Source of the DNA: a virus
IMG/VR virus record: IMGVR_UViG_3300045988_131126
Length of the DNA stretch: 64,000 nt
Direction: 5' to 3' (one strand)
The notes beneath the pieces are model-generated. The model ran no database searches. It had not been told where the DNA came from and saw only the letters and a list, made by a program, of their open reading frames with translations. This document shows positions 1 through 10,441 of the stretch, piece by piece. The stretch's first letter is position 1, and the number at the start of each line of letters is the position of its first letter. A program made the translations under genes and the position numbers.

Positions 1-851
1 ATATCCTTAGGATCATTCTGTAATATAGTATCAATATCAATAGTTTTATATCTAAAAGAAACTATTTCTTGTAAATGAACGTAATAATTTCTTTTATCCA
101 TATCATATAATACTAATAAGAATCCTTTAGTTCCTTCTTCTCCATGCTTATATCTTAAAGCACTTCCAGTATAATAGAAGTCTGTATGAAAACATCCGCC
201 AGTATGGACATGACCACTTATAATAGGTCCTAAGCAATATTGGAAATCTTCCATTGTAAATAATCTTCCTTGTCCTACTCTATCTCCATATACAGCTCCT
301 TGTATAGTACCATGCATAAAACACATATCATACCACCCAGATTCAAATAGATACTGCCTATAAGTTTCTTCTGGCACTCCGTATAATTCTGGTATACATA
401 ATATACGTGCTCCTTTTACATATTGAAATTGAATAGTTTCTGCTATTCTGATATCAATATCCGGATCTTTCAAGTAATGATAAAACAATCTTAACTGATC
501 GGCTTCATGTCCATCAGTTCCTTTTATTAATAATAAAGTGATTTTGTTATCTTTACATAATTGAACCAAATCTCCAATAAACATACTAGCATATAATATA
601 GCATCTGTATTTGACATAAATTTTCTATCAAATATGTCACCATCTACAGATACGAGATCTAATGGAAGATCTCGTATTTTATCTATAAATTGCTCTCTTA
701 ATATTTCATAATGAGTTTTAGCAGGTATATTTTTTACAGTAAAATGTAAATCTGCTATATGTGCTTGTTTCAATATACCCCTAGAAGTTTTTCTTTCAAG
801 TAATTCAAAATATTGTGTTTCTTCTTCATATTCATGATATATTGGGTTCAT
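1..851 (-). CDS. calcineurin-like metallophosphoesterase, SbcD/Mre11-type nuclease (partial, C-terminus beyond window edge)
   Basis: Own translation from ATG 851..849 (MNPIYHEYEEE...) stays open to position 1. Motifs IADLHF, VDGDIFD, KGTDGHE and GHVHTGG match the phosphoesterase motifs. SD GGAGGAATAAA lies upstream. Confidence 0.6.
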   Translation of the reverse strand, partial: MNPIYHEYEEETQYFELLERKTSRGILKQAHIADLHFTVKNIPAKTHYEILREQFIDKIRDLPLDLVSVDGDIFDRKFMSNTDAILYASMFIGDLVQLCKDNKITLLLIKGTDGHEADQLRLFYHYLKDPDIDIRIAETIQFQYVKGARILCIPELYGVPEETYRQYLFESGWYDMCFMHGTIQGAVYGDRVGQGRLFTMEDFQYCLGPIISGHVHTGGCFHTDFYYTGSALRYKHGEEGTKGFLLVLYDMDKRNYYVHLQEIVSFRYKTIDIDTILQNDPKD

Positions 852-852
852 T

Positions 853-1458
853 TTATTCCTCCAATTCAAATATTTTGTATATTAATCCTTTCATTATTGT
901 ATGTAACGGAATATAATAGAACGCATTTACCGGATTTATTTTAGCACCATATAAATGATTTTCCGGTTTCCATCGTCTCAAGTACTGCATGAAATAATCA
1001 GTGTCTGGTTCAAATACTGGTATATTGGATAATGCACCTTCATATAATTTATATCCAGTATTTAATTTAATACGTATTTCTCCATTAATATGCTTATCTG
1101 GTACAGAAAACGTTATTTGTTCTTTTACATCAGTGAGGTCCAATTTCTGCTTGTATAGATTATACTCGTATTTTTCAATTGCTAATATATACAATCCATC
1201 ATTATTATTTATACGACAGTCATACTGATTTAATCCAGTATTTATATGAATAATATTGGATTTTCCTTTTTCTGAAAGCTTATCTAAAATCCATTGATAA
1301 TCTATAAAAGCCATCTTATGAAATACAAGTTTATCTCTAATCACTCTCTTTAATCTCATTTTATAAAATGGTAATTTAATCTTAGAAATGAATGTGTCTT
1401 TCATTTCTAATAATACGTAATTCTTATATAATTCTGCAAGTGTATTGGTCTCTTTCAT
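853..1458 (-). CDS. hypothetical protein (201 aa)
   Basis: Track ORF with ATG and SD GGAGGG upstream. No motif recognised. Confidence 0.7.
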   Translation of the reverse strand: MKETNTLAELYKNYVLLEMKDTFISKIKLPFYKMRLKRVIRDKLVFHKMAFIDYQWILDKLSEKGKSNIIHINTGLNQYDCRINNNDGLYILAIEKYEYNLYKQKLDLTDVKEQITFSVPDKHINGEIRIKLNTGYKLYEGALSNIPVFEPDTDYFMQYLRRWKPENHLYGAKINPVNAFYYIPLHTIMKGLIYKIFELEE

Positions 1459-1483
1459 TTTTATACCCTCCGATCTAATACTA

Positions 1484-1741
1484 TCATCTCCAATATTTCA
1501 AACTCATTACCAAGTCATATATTGCATATATTATTATTAAAATTATTGCTTTTATTTCTAAGTAATAAATATCTTTAAAAGTAATTATTGTATAAGCTTT
1601 TGATAATAAATGCATAAGAATAATACCAGCTGCGATTTTCGTAATAAATTTCGCAATAGGCTTATTTATAAACAGATTGGGTATTTTGTGAATCAAATAT
1701 AATATATCCATAGCACCTATCACGAATAATAAATTGACCAT
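1484..1741 (-). CDS. small 3-TM membrane protein (85 aa)
   Basis: Start moved to ATG 1741 (MVNLLFV...), preceded by SD AAAGGAGGA; TAATG overlap with the upstream gene. Three hydrophobic helices. Confidence 0.7.
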   Translation of the reverse strand: MVNLLFVIGAMDILYLIHKIPNLFINKPIAKFITKIAAGIILMHLLSKAYTIITFKDIYYLEIKAIILIIIYAIYDLVMSLKYWR

Positions 1742-2010
1742 TATTGTCTGTCCTCCTTTTTGATCCATAAAATAATATGAATGCTACCCATTATCATTAC
1801 TAATAAATATATCACAAGTAAGACTAATTCTATGGAACTCATATCCATAGAATTAGTCCAATATAATAAAGTTATAATTATGAATGATAATACGCAAAAT
1901 AAACTACTTCTTACATAAATTCTCCTAAGTTTATTATGATCGCTGTTATATAAAACGTCCATAATCAATAATCCAAGTATAGCAATACTAATAATAAACC
2001 AGTTATTCAT
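1741..2010 (-). CDS. small 3-TM membrane protein (89 aa)
   Basis: ATG with SD AAAGGAG. Three hydrophobic segments. Confidence 0.7.
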   Translation of the reverse strand: MNNWFIISIAILGLLIMDVLYNSDHNKLRRIYVRSSLFCVLSFIIITLLYWTNSMDMSSIELVLLVIYLLVMIMGSIHIILWIKKEDRQ

Positions 2011-2034
2011 GATAATTTAACTCCTTTTATAAAA

Positions 2035-2304
2035 TTATTTTAAAATATCCATAATAATACGTAATAATATATACGTTGGTATTGTGATATTCTGAAACAG
2101 ATCTATATCATCTATATTAATTAATGTGTATAATACGCTAAGTATAGATATTGTAGCCACTATACAACATGTGCTATATTTAATCGAAACTCTGAAAGGT
2201 TCAGTAGATATTTTGTGTAGTATGGCGATATATGTAATTATACATCCTACCAATACTATTATGAATAATGGATGTAATTGACATAATTTATCGTAAATAA
2301 ACAT
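2035..2304 (-). CDS. small 3-TM membrane protein (89 aa)
   Basis: ATG with SD AAGGAGA. Three hydrophobic segments. Confidence 0.7.
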   Translation of the reverse strand: MFIYDKLCQLHPLFIIVLVGCIITYIAILHKISTEPFRVSIKYSTCCIVATISILSVLYTLINIDDIDLFQNITIPTYILLRIIMDILK

Positions 2305-2314
2305 ATTTATCTCC

Positions 2315-2581
2315 TTATTCTTTCAATCCAAATTTTATAGTATACACGTATATCGTATACATCACAATAGATATCATATACTCTTTATCACCACTAAGTA
2401 TATCATATGCTGTGACTATAAGTATGAATAATCCGAATACAAGAAATATATCTAATAGTACTATCGGTTCTTTTTTGGTTCTACGGGCACATTTGATATC
2501 TTCGGCAACACAATACTTATAGATATAAAGATCCCAACCAAATATAAAACAAGCTATTATTTTTATAATCTCTTCATTCAT
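2315..2581 (-). CDS. small 3-TM membrane protein (88 aa)
   Basis: The track start is TTG. ATG at 2581 (MNEEIIK...) has SD GAGGAA 6 nt upstream. Hydrophobic. Confidence 0.65.
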   Translation of the reverse strand: MNEEIIKIIACFIFGWDLYIYKYCVAEDIKCARRTKKEPIVLLDIFLVFGLFILIVTAYDILSGDKEYMISIVMYTIYVYTIKFGLKE

Positions 2582-2669
2582 ATTCAATTCCTCAACGCAA
2601 ACATAATTAATTTTATAGTCATATTTACTACAAAATAAATTGTTAGATATTTTAATGTATTTTTCATAT

Positions 2670-3404
2670 TTACTCCTTTAGACTTATATGATCGAAAGTA
2701 TATTGTACTCTCATCACATAGTAATATGTATGGACCAATGATAAGAAAGCTTCTTCGCATTGATCTATAAATTCTACAGCTTCTTCTTTATTGAAATAAA
2801 ATCCTATTTCTTTAAAGTCTGATGTATTCTTGTCAAGCATTAATATAATGCAACCACCATCTATATCAATTCCTTCTACTTCTTTAAGAAGATACTTATA
2901 TGCTGATAATTGCATAAAATGCTTGTAGTTAGACATTTTGCTAGTCTTAAAATCTACTAAATAAACTTTACCGTTTATCTTTATAAGTAGATCTAATGTA
3001 CCGCCAAAATATTTACATACTAACGACTTCTCAGCCATTAATATTTCTATATCTTGCGATGATATTATTTCCCACCATCTTAAGAATGCTTGAAAAGCAT
3101 TCTTAGTTTTATTTCTTATATTAGTATCTAATAAAGTATTAAAATCAGGTAATGTACCATACATAATATAATTATGAATAAAATCATGTACGTATGTACC
3201 TATCGCTAATGCTTCATCTTGATATACTGTATGACTTTTTCTTTGAAATCTTCCTACTTTATTGGCCCATTCTAATAAGTATGGAGAACTTATCATATCC
3301 AATATATCATTCACCCTAGGTATAGGATGATCTTCGTACAAATAAGTTACTTTTGATGGGTCTATTACTAGACCCATATCAAAAGGTATTACATCATTTA
3401 CCAT
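2670..3404 (-). CDS. PD-(D/E)XK (RecB/Cas4-like) nuclease
   Basis: GTLDLL...VYLVDFKTSK...QLSAYKYLL matches the D...(D/E)xK plus QxxxY nuclease motifs. No Cys cluster. Confidence 0.6.
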   Translation of the reverse strand: MVNDVIPFDMGLVIDPSKVTYLYEDHPIPRVNDILDMISSPYLLEWANKVGRFQRKSHTVYQDEALAIGTYVHDFIHNYIMYGTLPDFNTLLDTNIRNKTKNAFQAFLRWWEIISSQDIEILMAEKSLVCKYFGGTLDLLIKINGKVYLVDFKTSKMSNYKHFMQLSAYKYLLKEVEGIDIDGGCIILMLDKNTSDFKEIGFYFNKEEAVEFIDQCEEAFLSLVHTYYYVMRVQYTFDHISLKE

Positions 3405-3888
3405 ATCGTTTCTCCTTATAATCTAAATACTTTATACAAATAATTTTCTTTAATCTAGAATTATAATCTGGATTATTCAAAACTATGTTTCCAAAGCGTT
3501 TATACTTAATAGCTTCAAATTGCTTCTTGAATTCTCTAAGAGTATGTGTATCTAATTCAATAGTAAAATGTACGATATCCCGTGAGTTAATCTTTTGCTC
3601 TGGTGATAAATCTCCACCATGCTCGAATATATCTAGCATCTCTTTTTCTGATTTAGAGGTAATACAAGTGTCTCCGTTATTATAAACTTCAATTATTTGC
3701 CATTTGGTTTTGAATTCTGTATCGCGTTTTTCGTTTAAACCTAAAACTTCAGGTAAGCATTTCTCACAATAATACTCTGGTGCCGCGTCGCTTCTTCTTT
3801 TTATGGTTATAGGTTGACTGTCTAAGCATTTTTCCTTTTTGCATTTATCACAAATGCATCTAAATTTCACTACTGATGTTACTCCCAT
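3394..3888 (-). CDS. hypothetical zinc-ribbon protein (164 aa)
   Basis: CICDKCKKEKC ... YCEKC cysteine pairs. SD AAGGAGG. Confidence 0.6.
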   Translation of the reverse strand: MGVTSVVKFRCICDKCKKEKCLDSQPITIKRRSDAAPEYYCEKCLPEVLGLNEKRDTEFKTKWQIIEVYNNGDTCITSKSEKEMLDIFEHGGDLSPEQKINSRDIVHFTIELDTHTLREFKKQFEAIKYKRFGNIVLNNPDYNSRLKKIICIKYLDYKEKRYGK

Positions 3889-4029
3889 TTTGTTTTCCTC
3901 CTTAAAATGTATTATAAGTTAACTTTTACGTTATTATAATATACCATTTATATCAAAGTTAAAATCCATGTATATTTATAACCCGTAACATACCATTAAA
4001 ATGAGCCTAATAAGGAGGGTTAAGACCAT

Positions 4030-4971
4030 ATGGGTGCTGAAACTAGAAATTATGGCAACACTTATTTTTACTCAAAAGGTAAATATGAAGAGGCCGTTTA
4101 TAAGTTTATTATGTCCGCAGAACGTGTTGATAAAAACGACAAATCATTTGAAGATATTAGATATGAGGTAAAAAGGCGTCAGATTTATAAATCAATCGTA
4201 AACGTACTCGACAATCAAAATATATTATTATTATACAATGAGAATGGTCCATTACCAAGATCTTTCAAAATATTCACTTGTAAAGATCCTAAATCTGGTG
4301 ATGGCAAAAAGAAAGTATTTATTGATGTAACTGGTATTATCTCACAAGTAGATGGTGCATATACTATCAAGTCTAGATCTGTAGATACTTTTATAGCTTA
4401 TCTTATCGCTGCTATGATAGAGGCGATATATTATACAGATCCAAATAAATTAGTTAATAAGAATGATATCATTGTATCTGGTGGAAAATGTTTTGCTAAA
4501 TTAGTATTCTATATTATTGATTATTTAAGAATTGGTAACGTAGAAAAAGTTAGAGAAAAAACTTTATATTTAGCATCTAGATATTATGAAGAATGCTTAT
4601 TAGGAAAATCAGGAGAAACAGTAGAAAATAGAGCAAAGAATTTGTCTGGATTAACTAAAAGAGAAATCGATGTATTAAATCTTTACATCGATCCCGATTC
4701 TTTTAAGAATATTGATACATTTATATGCACATTATCTAAAGCCTTAAAAGATGATAGATTAAATACAACTATCTTCTTCGAAAAATGGAGATGGTTATTC
4801 GGAGCATCTACGGCATTTGCTACAGAATTATTTACCGTATTTGCTAAAATGATTACTGATGTTTATGTAGCTACTTACATTAATAATCAGAAGACTATTG
4901 AAAATGTAACTAAACCGACATATATCGAATTTAGTAAAGCTTTATTGCAGATAGGGAGTGAGTTATTTTGA
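4030..4971 (+). CDS. hypothetical protein (313 aa)
   Basis: ATG with SD AAGGAGGG. First gene of a plus-strand operon. Confidence 0.75.
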   Translation: MGAETRNYGNTYFYSKGKYEEAVYKFIMSAERVDKNDKSFEDIRYEVKRRQIYKSIVNVLDNQNILLLYNENGPLPRSFKIFTCKDPKSGDGKKKVFIDVTGIISQVDGAYTIKSRSVDTFIAYLIAAMIEAIYYTDPNKLVNKNDIIVSGGKCFAKLVFYIIDYLRIGNVEKVREKTLYLASRYYEECLLGKSGETVENRAKNLSGLTKREIDVLNLYIDPDSFKNIDTFICTLSKALKDDRLNTTIFFEKWRWLFGASTAFATELFTVFAKMITDVYVATYINNQKTIENVTKPTYIEFSKALLQIGSELF

Positions 4972-7900
4972 TTAATGTAAAAGACATAAAGTCTCTTAAG
5001 AATCAATCTTTATATCCTACCAGTAATGAAAAATATGTTTTGACTAAAAGATCAGAGAGAATAGTAAGAAGCCCAGAGTATAAAATTCTGGGCTTTTTGC
5101 ATAATTTTTGTTATTCTTTTTCTAATTACTATGTGACTAGAAGCAATTTAGATGGTGTAATATTATCCAAAGCTTATATAGGCGATATAGAATATGGAGC
5201 TTTTAATGAAAACGTAGATTTCTTTTATTTATATAAAAATAAAAAATTTTATAAAGTTGATAAGAATCTTAATATAGAATGGGAAATAGAAACAGATGAC
5301 TATATAAGAAATATTACAGAAGATTCAAATGGACATGCTTTTATAGTATATAAAAATAGCCGTATTATTCATGAATATCTTCCCGATAGTTCTAGATTAA
5401 GATCATTCAGAGATAGTGATGATGTCACTAATAAAACAAGAATATTTAAAGCCTTTGTAAATAAAGGTAGAACCGAGATGTATACTATAGGTTCTATATT
5501 TGTAAAAACAGATAAACCTTTTGTATCATCCACAAAGCAGTCTTTACTCATTACAGAAGAAGGCAAATTCCTTATGGATGAGAAAGATAATCCTATAATT
5601 ATATCTGTATTAGTTAATCAGATTAATACTGACTATATGGCTCAGTATGCTGAAACTTTTATAGATACTTATGATCTAATTACAGGATTGAGATCTTCGC
5701 ATAAAATATTATCTAAAGATTATGGTGTTAAATCTACCGATCCTTATTATAATTTCGATAATATTTATGTAAACGGAAATAATATTTATATATACTCTAA
5801 TGAGTATATACAAAAAGTCAATAAATCAATGGTTAATATATGGAAGCATTATTTTGGTTATAATGCTGCTACTAAAAGATATAATCAATTAGGTCATATA
5901 GAATATGATGATAACGATTACAATGAATCATTATATTTCTTAGAAGACTTATACGAAACAGATGGACACGCCTTTGGTAAATTAACTACTAAAGGCGATC
6001 TTATTTGGAAAATAGGTTTTGATAAGAGTATAGTAGACTCTAAATTTTCTTTTGGTATATATAAAGGGAATATGTTTACTTCTCATAAATCCATCATAAA
6101 TGTAGTAGATAACTATTATCTCGCAGTAAATAACTATAATACTGTATTTGAAACTAGAGATAATAAGCTTATAAAAATTATAAGAAATAATGAAGATGAA
6201 ATATATTCTAATGAATATTATGACAGTTATACATTATTAGCAGATGTAATTAAAAATACTGTACCTGAATATATTTCTAGACCATTATATATTAGAGGTA
6301 ATGAGCCTCTTCTAAATGAAGATGGCGAACCTATACTCGTAGACGAGTATAATACTCATTATCTTGATCCAGAAAATTTTGATACTTTTGTATTAAAAGG
6401 ATTAGAGGTTAGAGACACTCCTTATCCTAATGGAGCTATCGTAACTAAGCAGAATGGTTATATTATTCAAACTTTAAAGAAAAAAATAATTAGTACTCTT
6501 AAAGCAGTAAAACCGCCCAAAATAAACGAACCATCATCTTCTATTGCTATAGGACAAGCAAGAATAGGTTTAGCTAAAATGGGAGGATCTACAGAAAACG
6601 CTGTTAAAGATATAATATACTTTGCTGGTATAGGTATAGGTCGTATAGGTAAAGCCAAAATACTTAAAGATTATATTCCGCCAGAAGAGTATTTTGAATA
6701 TACTTTTAATCTTTGTGGAGATAGACATATATTCAGAAATAATATTATCACAAAGAAAAAAGGATTGACTATATTAACTAAACGTACTGGAGCTTCTATA
6801 ATGAAGAAAGTAAAGAATTATTACAAATTCATATTTAGAAGATTCCAAGATTTAGATATAGTATTAGAATTTATTAAGCAAAGTGGTATATTAAATACTA
6901 AATTACCTAAATTTGCAGATAAACTTATTCATCATACAAGACATATGATAGAAGATATGCAGACAGCCCATGTGCCAGTTTCATATGATTTGAAAGCACA
7001 AAAAATGTTTTCATATTATTTCGATTCTTGGGAAATGCCTATTAGAACTTTAAAAACCCAAGTGTATCTTTGTCACAATTTACCTTGGATGAGAAAGAGA
7101 GATTCAGATAGTATTTTCATTGATAGTATGGCTAATGTAATTAATAGTGAAATTATGAAACCATTTATCATGTTTATCGATGGAAAAGCTATCAAATGGT
7201 CTAATATGACTATAGTTCATAACTGGGAATATGATTATATTATTATTTCTAATATAGATCATGATATCTCATATAAATATGAAGTAAATAGCATTCTATT
7301 ACCATGTCTTATTAGATATGGAGAGGATGAAAATGTACTTCCTATTGAATGTGAAAAATTCTTATTTGATACGAATGGTAGATACGTAAATAATCCAGAA
7401 GCAGATGGAATACGTGTAGAAATTATAGATCCTAATATTTCTGGAAATACTTATAAGTACGATATAAATACTAATTATATTCAATTAGAAGCTGATTATA
7501 ATCAGATTTCTTCTGATAAGAATATATTGATATTCGAGGATAATAAATTTAATCCTACTAATATTGATTATCTTACATATCATGGAAAGAATATTTATAC
7601 TTATAATAAAGATACATTTGCTTATATGAAAACTTTCTATTACATTAAAGCAAATGATACTAAGAATATATTAAATAAATTACCACATCAAACTCAGGTT
7701 GATAAAGATATTCAAACTAATATATTTGATGATAATAGCAATGGTTATCTTGATAATTTCCGTAATAACAATTTTGATTATTCTTATAATAAGAGATATT
7801 CTTATAACGAGAATGTATCAAGAGCTATTGAATATATTATGGGATATGATATGTCTTTACTTAATAAATACTACACAGATGAAGCTAATATCTGTTGTAT

Positions 7901-9224
7901 GTGTTTCAGTGGTAAAGATATATTAGACAGAGTAAATGGTAATTACTTAGAAATGCCAAGAGATAGAAAATACGGATTAGATGATTATGTTGTAGTATAT
8001 AAGAACGGTAAATTATATGAAAGATTTAGAGAGATAGAATATAAAGCTAGTATGTTTAAGATACCAGTGAACGGTTCTATTAATGAATCAGATACTATAG
8101 AAATCGTTCATTATAAACACGTAGAAAATATGTCTTATCCTACAAGATTAACTCATATGTCTCCAGAAGAGCAAAAAATATTAGGAAAGATTCCTGCTAT
8201 AGATTATGCAAAATTAGATTTTGCTCAATTATACGAGAATAATTGGTATTATAGTAGAATTACTTCCGATGGATTACCTGTATATGATTATAAAAATTAT
8301 CTTACAAGACATCTTAGATATGGAGATTTACTTATATTCGGAAATAATAAATCTGGATCTGAAAAGTATGACGATTTTATTAAAGATGATAATTATATAC
8401 AATATCCTGTAAAATTTGTTTATAGGAATAATAAAGATGAGTATAATAGATATCAAGATACAGAGATAATAATAGAAGATAGATATTATAAATACAAAAT
8501 GCTGAACTTTACTTCTAGCAGACAGTTTAGGCAAATGTATTATAACGTTTTCGAAGAACAATCTATATTTGATCTTGATCAATCTTTTAGATTCTGTCAG
8601 AATAAAAAGCAATACTTAGTATTCGTCAATGGAAAGAAATTAAACTTTAATGAGTTTGATTTATTGATTCCTAGAATGGATAAGTATACTATTTATACTA
8701 TAAGAGCATTGACTGATTCAAATGGTAATGTAATACTTGTGAATGATAAACCATTAGAAGTATTAAATACTGAAGCAGAAGATATATATACAGAAACAGA
8801 TAGAATGTCTATCAGAACAAATATTCCTTTAAACCAAGGGGATATTATAGATATATTATACGTACCAGATCCTTACGATGAAATTATTTTAAATAATTAT
8901 ATTCCTAATGAAAATGGCGTAGTAGAATTAGATAGAGAAATATTACAATATCCATTTAGTAAGGATTTATTCCTTATATATATGAATGGAAAGAAAGTAT
9001 CTAACGATCTAATTGAAGATATATCAAAAAATAAAATCAGAATCAAATCTATATCAGACGATGATAAGATTAATATGAAAAATATCACTATATGTAAATA
9101 TATAATTCCGGATAAAGTATTAAAAGAATTGTATAGTTATGGTGATGATTGGTCTGACTCTGTCGATAAATTAAATGATTCTGATTTCCATAAATTATTT
9201 GTAGATCTTAAGAAACTAGTATAA
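4968..9224 (+). CDS. very large hypothetical protein (1418 aa, N/Y/D/I-rich); possibly virion-associated
   Basis: Uninterrupted 4.2-kb ORF. TTG start overlaps the upstream TGA (TTGA), with SD GGGAG 9 nt upstream. No recognisable motif. Confidence 0.8.
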   Translation: MINVKDIKSLKNQSLYPTSNEKYVLTKRSERIVRSPEYKILGFLHNFCYSFSNYYVTRSNLDGVILSKAYIGDIEYGAFNENVDFFYLYKNKKFYKVDKNLNIEWEIETDDYIRNITEDSNGHAFIVYKNSRIIHEYLPDSSRLRSFRDSDDVTNKTRIFKAFVNKGRTEMYTIGSIFVKTDKPFVSSTKQSLLITEEGKFLMDEKDNPIIISVLVNQINTDYMAQYAETFIDTYDLITGLRSSHKILSKDYGVKSTDPYYNFDNIYVNGNNIYIYSNEYIQKVNKSMVNIWKHYFGYNAATKRYNQLGHIEYDDNDYNESLYFLEDLYETDGHAFGKLTTKGDLIWKIGFDKSIVDSKFSFGIYKGNMFTSHKSIINVVDNYYLAVNNYNTVFETRDNKLIKIIRNNEDEIYSNEYYDSYTLLADVIKNTVPEYISRPLYIRGNEPLLNEDGEPILVDEYNTHYLDPENFDTFVLKGLEVRDTPYPNGAIVTKQNGYIIQTLKKKIISTLKAVKPPKINEPSSSIAIGQARIGLAKMGGSTENAVKDIIYFAGIGIGRIGKAKILKDYIPPEEYFEYTFNLCGDRHIFRNNIITKKKGLTILTKRTGASIMKKVKNYYKFIFRRFQDLDIVLEFIKQSGILNTKLPKFADKLIHHTRHMIEDMQTAHVPVSYDLKAQKMFSYYFDSWEMPIRTLKTQVYLCHNLPWMRKRDSDSIFIDSMANVINSEIMKPFIMFIDGKAIKWSNMTIVHNWEYDYIIISNIDHDISYKYEVNSILLPCLIRYGEDENVLPIECEKFLFDTNGRYVNNPEADGIRVEIIDPNISGNTYKYDINTNYIQLEADYNQISSDKNILIFEDNKFNPTNIDYLTYHGKNIYTYNKDTFAYMKTFYYIKANDTKNILNKLPHQTQVDKDIQTNIFDDNSNGYLDNFRNNNFDYSYNKRYSYNENVSRAIEYIMGYDMSLLNKYYTDEANICCMCFSGKDILDRVNGNYLEMPRDRKYGLDDYVVVYKNGKLYERFREIEYKASMFKIPVNGSINESDTIEIVHYKHVENMSYPTRLTHMSPEEQKILGKIPAIDYAKLDFAQLYENNWYYSRITSDGLPVYDYKNYLTRHLRYGDLLIFGNNKSGSEKYDDFIKDDNYIQYPVKFVYRNNKDEYNRYQDTEIIIEDRYYKYKMLNFTSSRQFRQMYYNVFEEQSIFDLDQSFRFCQNKKQYLVFVNGKKLNFNEFDLLIPRMDKYTIYTIRALTDSNGNVILVNDKPLEVLNTEAEDIYTETDRMSIRTNIPLNQGDIIDILYVPDPYDEIILNNYIPNENGVVELDREILQYPFSKDLFLIYMNGKKVSNDLIEDISKNKIRIKSISDDDKINMKNITICKYIIPDKVLKELYSYGDDWSDSVDKLNDSDFHKLFVDLKKLV

Positions 9225-9229
9225 AAAAT

Positions 9230-9261
9230 AAAGGAGTATATCTTTTTAGATATACTCCTTT
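9230..9261. terminator. bidirectional hairpin terminator between convergent genes
   Basis: AAGGAGTATATCT-TTTT-AGATATACTCCTT flanked by A-run and T-run. Confidence 0.7.
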
Positions 9262-9270
9262 ATTATTAAT

Positions 9271-9837
9271 TCACAGCGTCGTTTTGTAAAATGATTTAAG
9301 ATCGCTCATCATTCTTGATAAAAGTTCAGATGTAAGCTTATCAGATAATTTGAACTTGAGTTTTGTCAATGTAGGTAAAGTATTTATTTGTAGTAATGCA
9401 TCCATGTTGATACCATATTCATTAAGCTTATTTACGCAGTAATTTATATCGGTACTTTGTATTCTAATTACTTTTTTGCTATTTAAATCTATATGAATAA
9501 TTAATGATACCATAGTATCTTCTAATGATGAAAATATCATAGTAACTCTAGATTGTTTCTCTGCAAATTCGTGATATGCAAATTTTTTATCATTAGATAT
9601 AAATAAATATGTTTCAGTTTCATCTGTATTAGTTTTATAAAATTTGAAATTATTATTTTTCTTAAAAGCATCATCAACATCTACTATCTGTTCTAATATT
9701 TTAAGCCTGCATTTAGATTCATCTAAAAATATTTGCAAAAGTTCAACTATAATACTGGTTACAAAGAATATTATAAATAAAATATCAATAGCCATAATTA
9801 AAGCATATGTGTTATTATCAAAATAATTAGTCATCAT
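9271..9837 (-). CDS. membrane-anchored hypothetical protein (1 N-terminal TM)
   Basis: Track ORF starts at TTG 9846; ATG at 9837 is preferred, but the start is ambiguous. One hydrophobic N-terminal helix. Confidence 0.6.
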   Translation of the reverse strand: MMTNYFDNNTYALIMAIDILFIIFFVTSIIVELLQIFLDESKCRLKILEQIVDVDDAFKKNNNFKFYKTNTDETETYLFISNDKKFAYHEFAEKQSRVTMIFSSLEDTMVSLIIHIDLNSKKVIRIQSTDINYCVNKLNEYGINMDALLQINTLPTLTKLKFKLSDKLTSELLSRMMSDLKSFYKTTL

Positions 9838-10441
9838 AATTTTCAAAATCTCCTTTTGAATAATAGTCTAAAATAGATATCGCTTTAAATAATTCATCAT
9901 CTTCAGATTGTTCGGCATCTTCTGCTATTAACGATGATATTGTTTTTACTATATCTTTTCCAAAACGAACTATGTATGTATACATCATAATCTCACCAGA
10001 ATATGGATATCCGTTAATACTATTGTTTTTACATGTTAATATCTCTTGATCTCTTGTATTTATAACTACATCATATACATTTTTGATAATTCTATCAGCA
10101 TTCAATATTACGTGCAATTCTGTAAATGTTTCAGATTCGATCGGTATATGTCGCGATGCTGAATAAATATGTACAGTTTTGGTGTTTAAATATATCTCCA
10201 AACTACAACTATTATCACTTTTAATATATTTACCGTCTTTTCCGTATGTATTTACTAAATATATAAAGATATAAGTTATATATAAATACACCATATAATA
10301 TTGAAAATCTTTTGGATAGTTATTTTGCCTATCGCATGAGATAGTTTTAACTGTATTAAACATTTCTAATTTATCTATCTTATTTCCAAATAAGCATATA
10401 GTACCTAAAAATACCCCCAGAATTATAATAATACGCATCAT
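9827..10441 (-). CDS. membrane protein (2 TM plus soluble domain)
   Basis: ATG 10441 (MMRIIIILGV...) with SD GAGGTG 6 nt upstream; TGATG overlap with the upstream gene. Confidence 0.65.
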   Translation of the reverse strand: MMRIIIILGVFLGTICLFGNKIDKLEMFNTVKTISCDRQNNYPKDFQYYMVYLYITYIFIYLVNTYGKDGKYIKSDNSCSLEIYLNTKTVHIYSASRHIPIESETFTELHVILNADRIIKNVYDVVINTRDQEILTCKNNSINGYPYSGEIMMYTYIVRFGKDIVKTISSLIAEDAEQSEDDELFKAISILDYYSKGDFENYDD

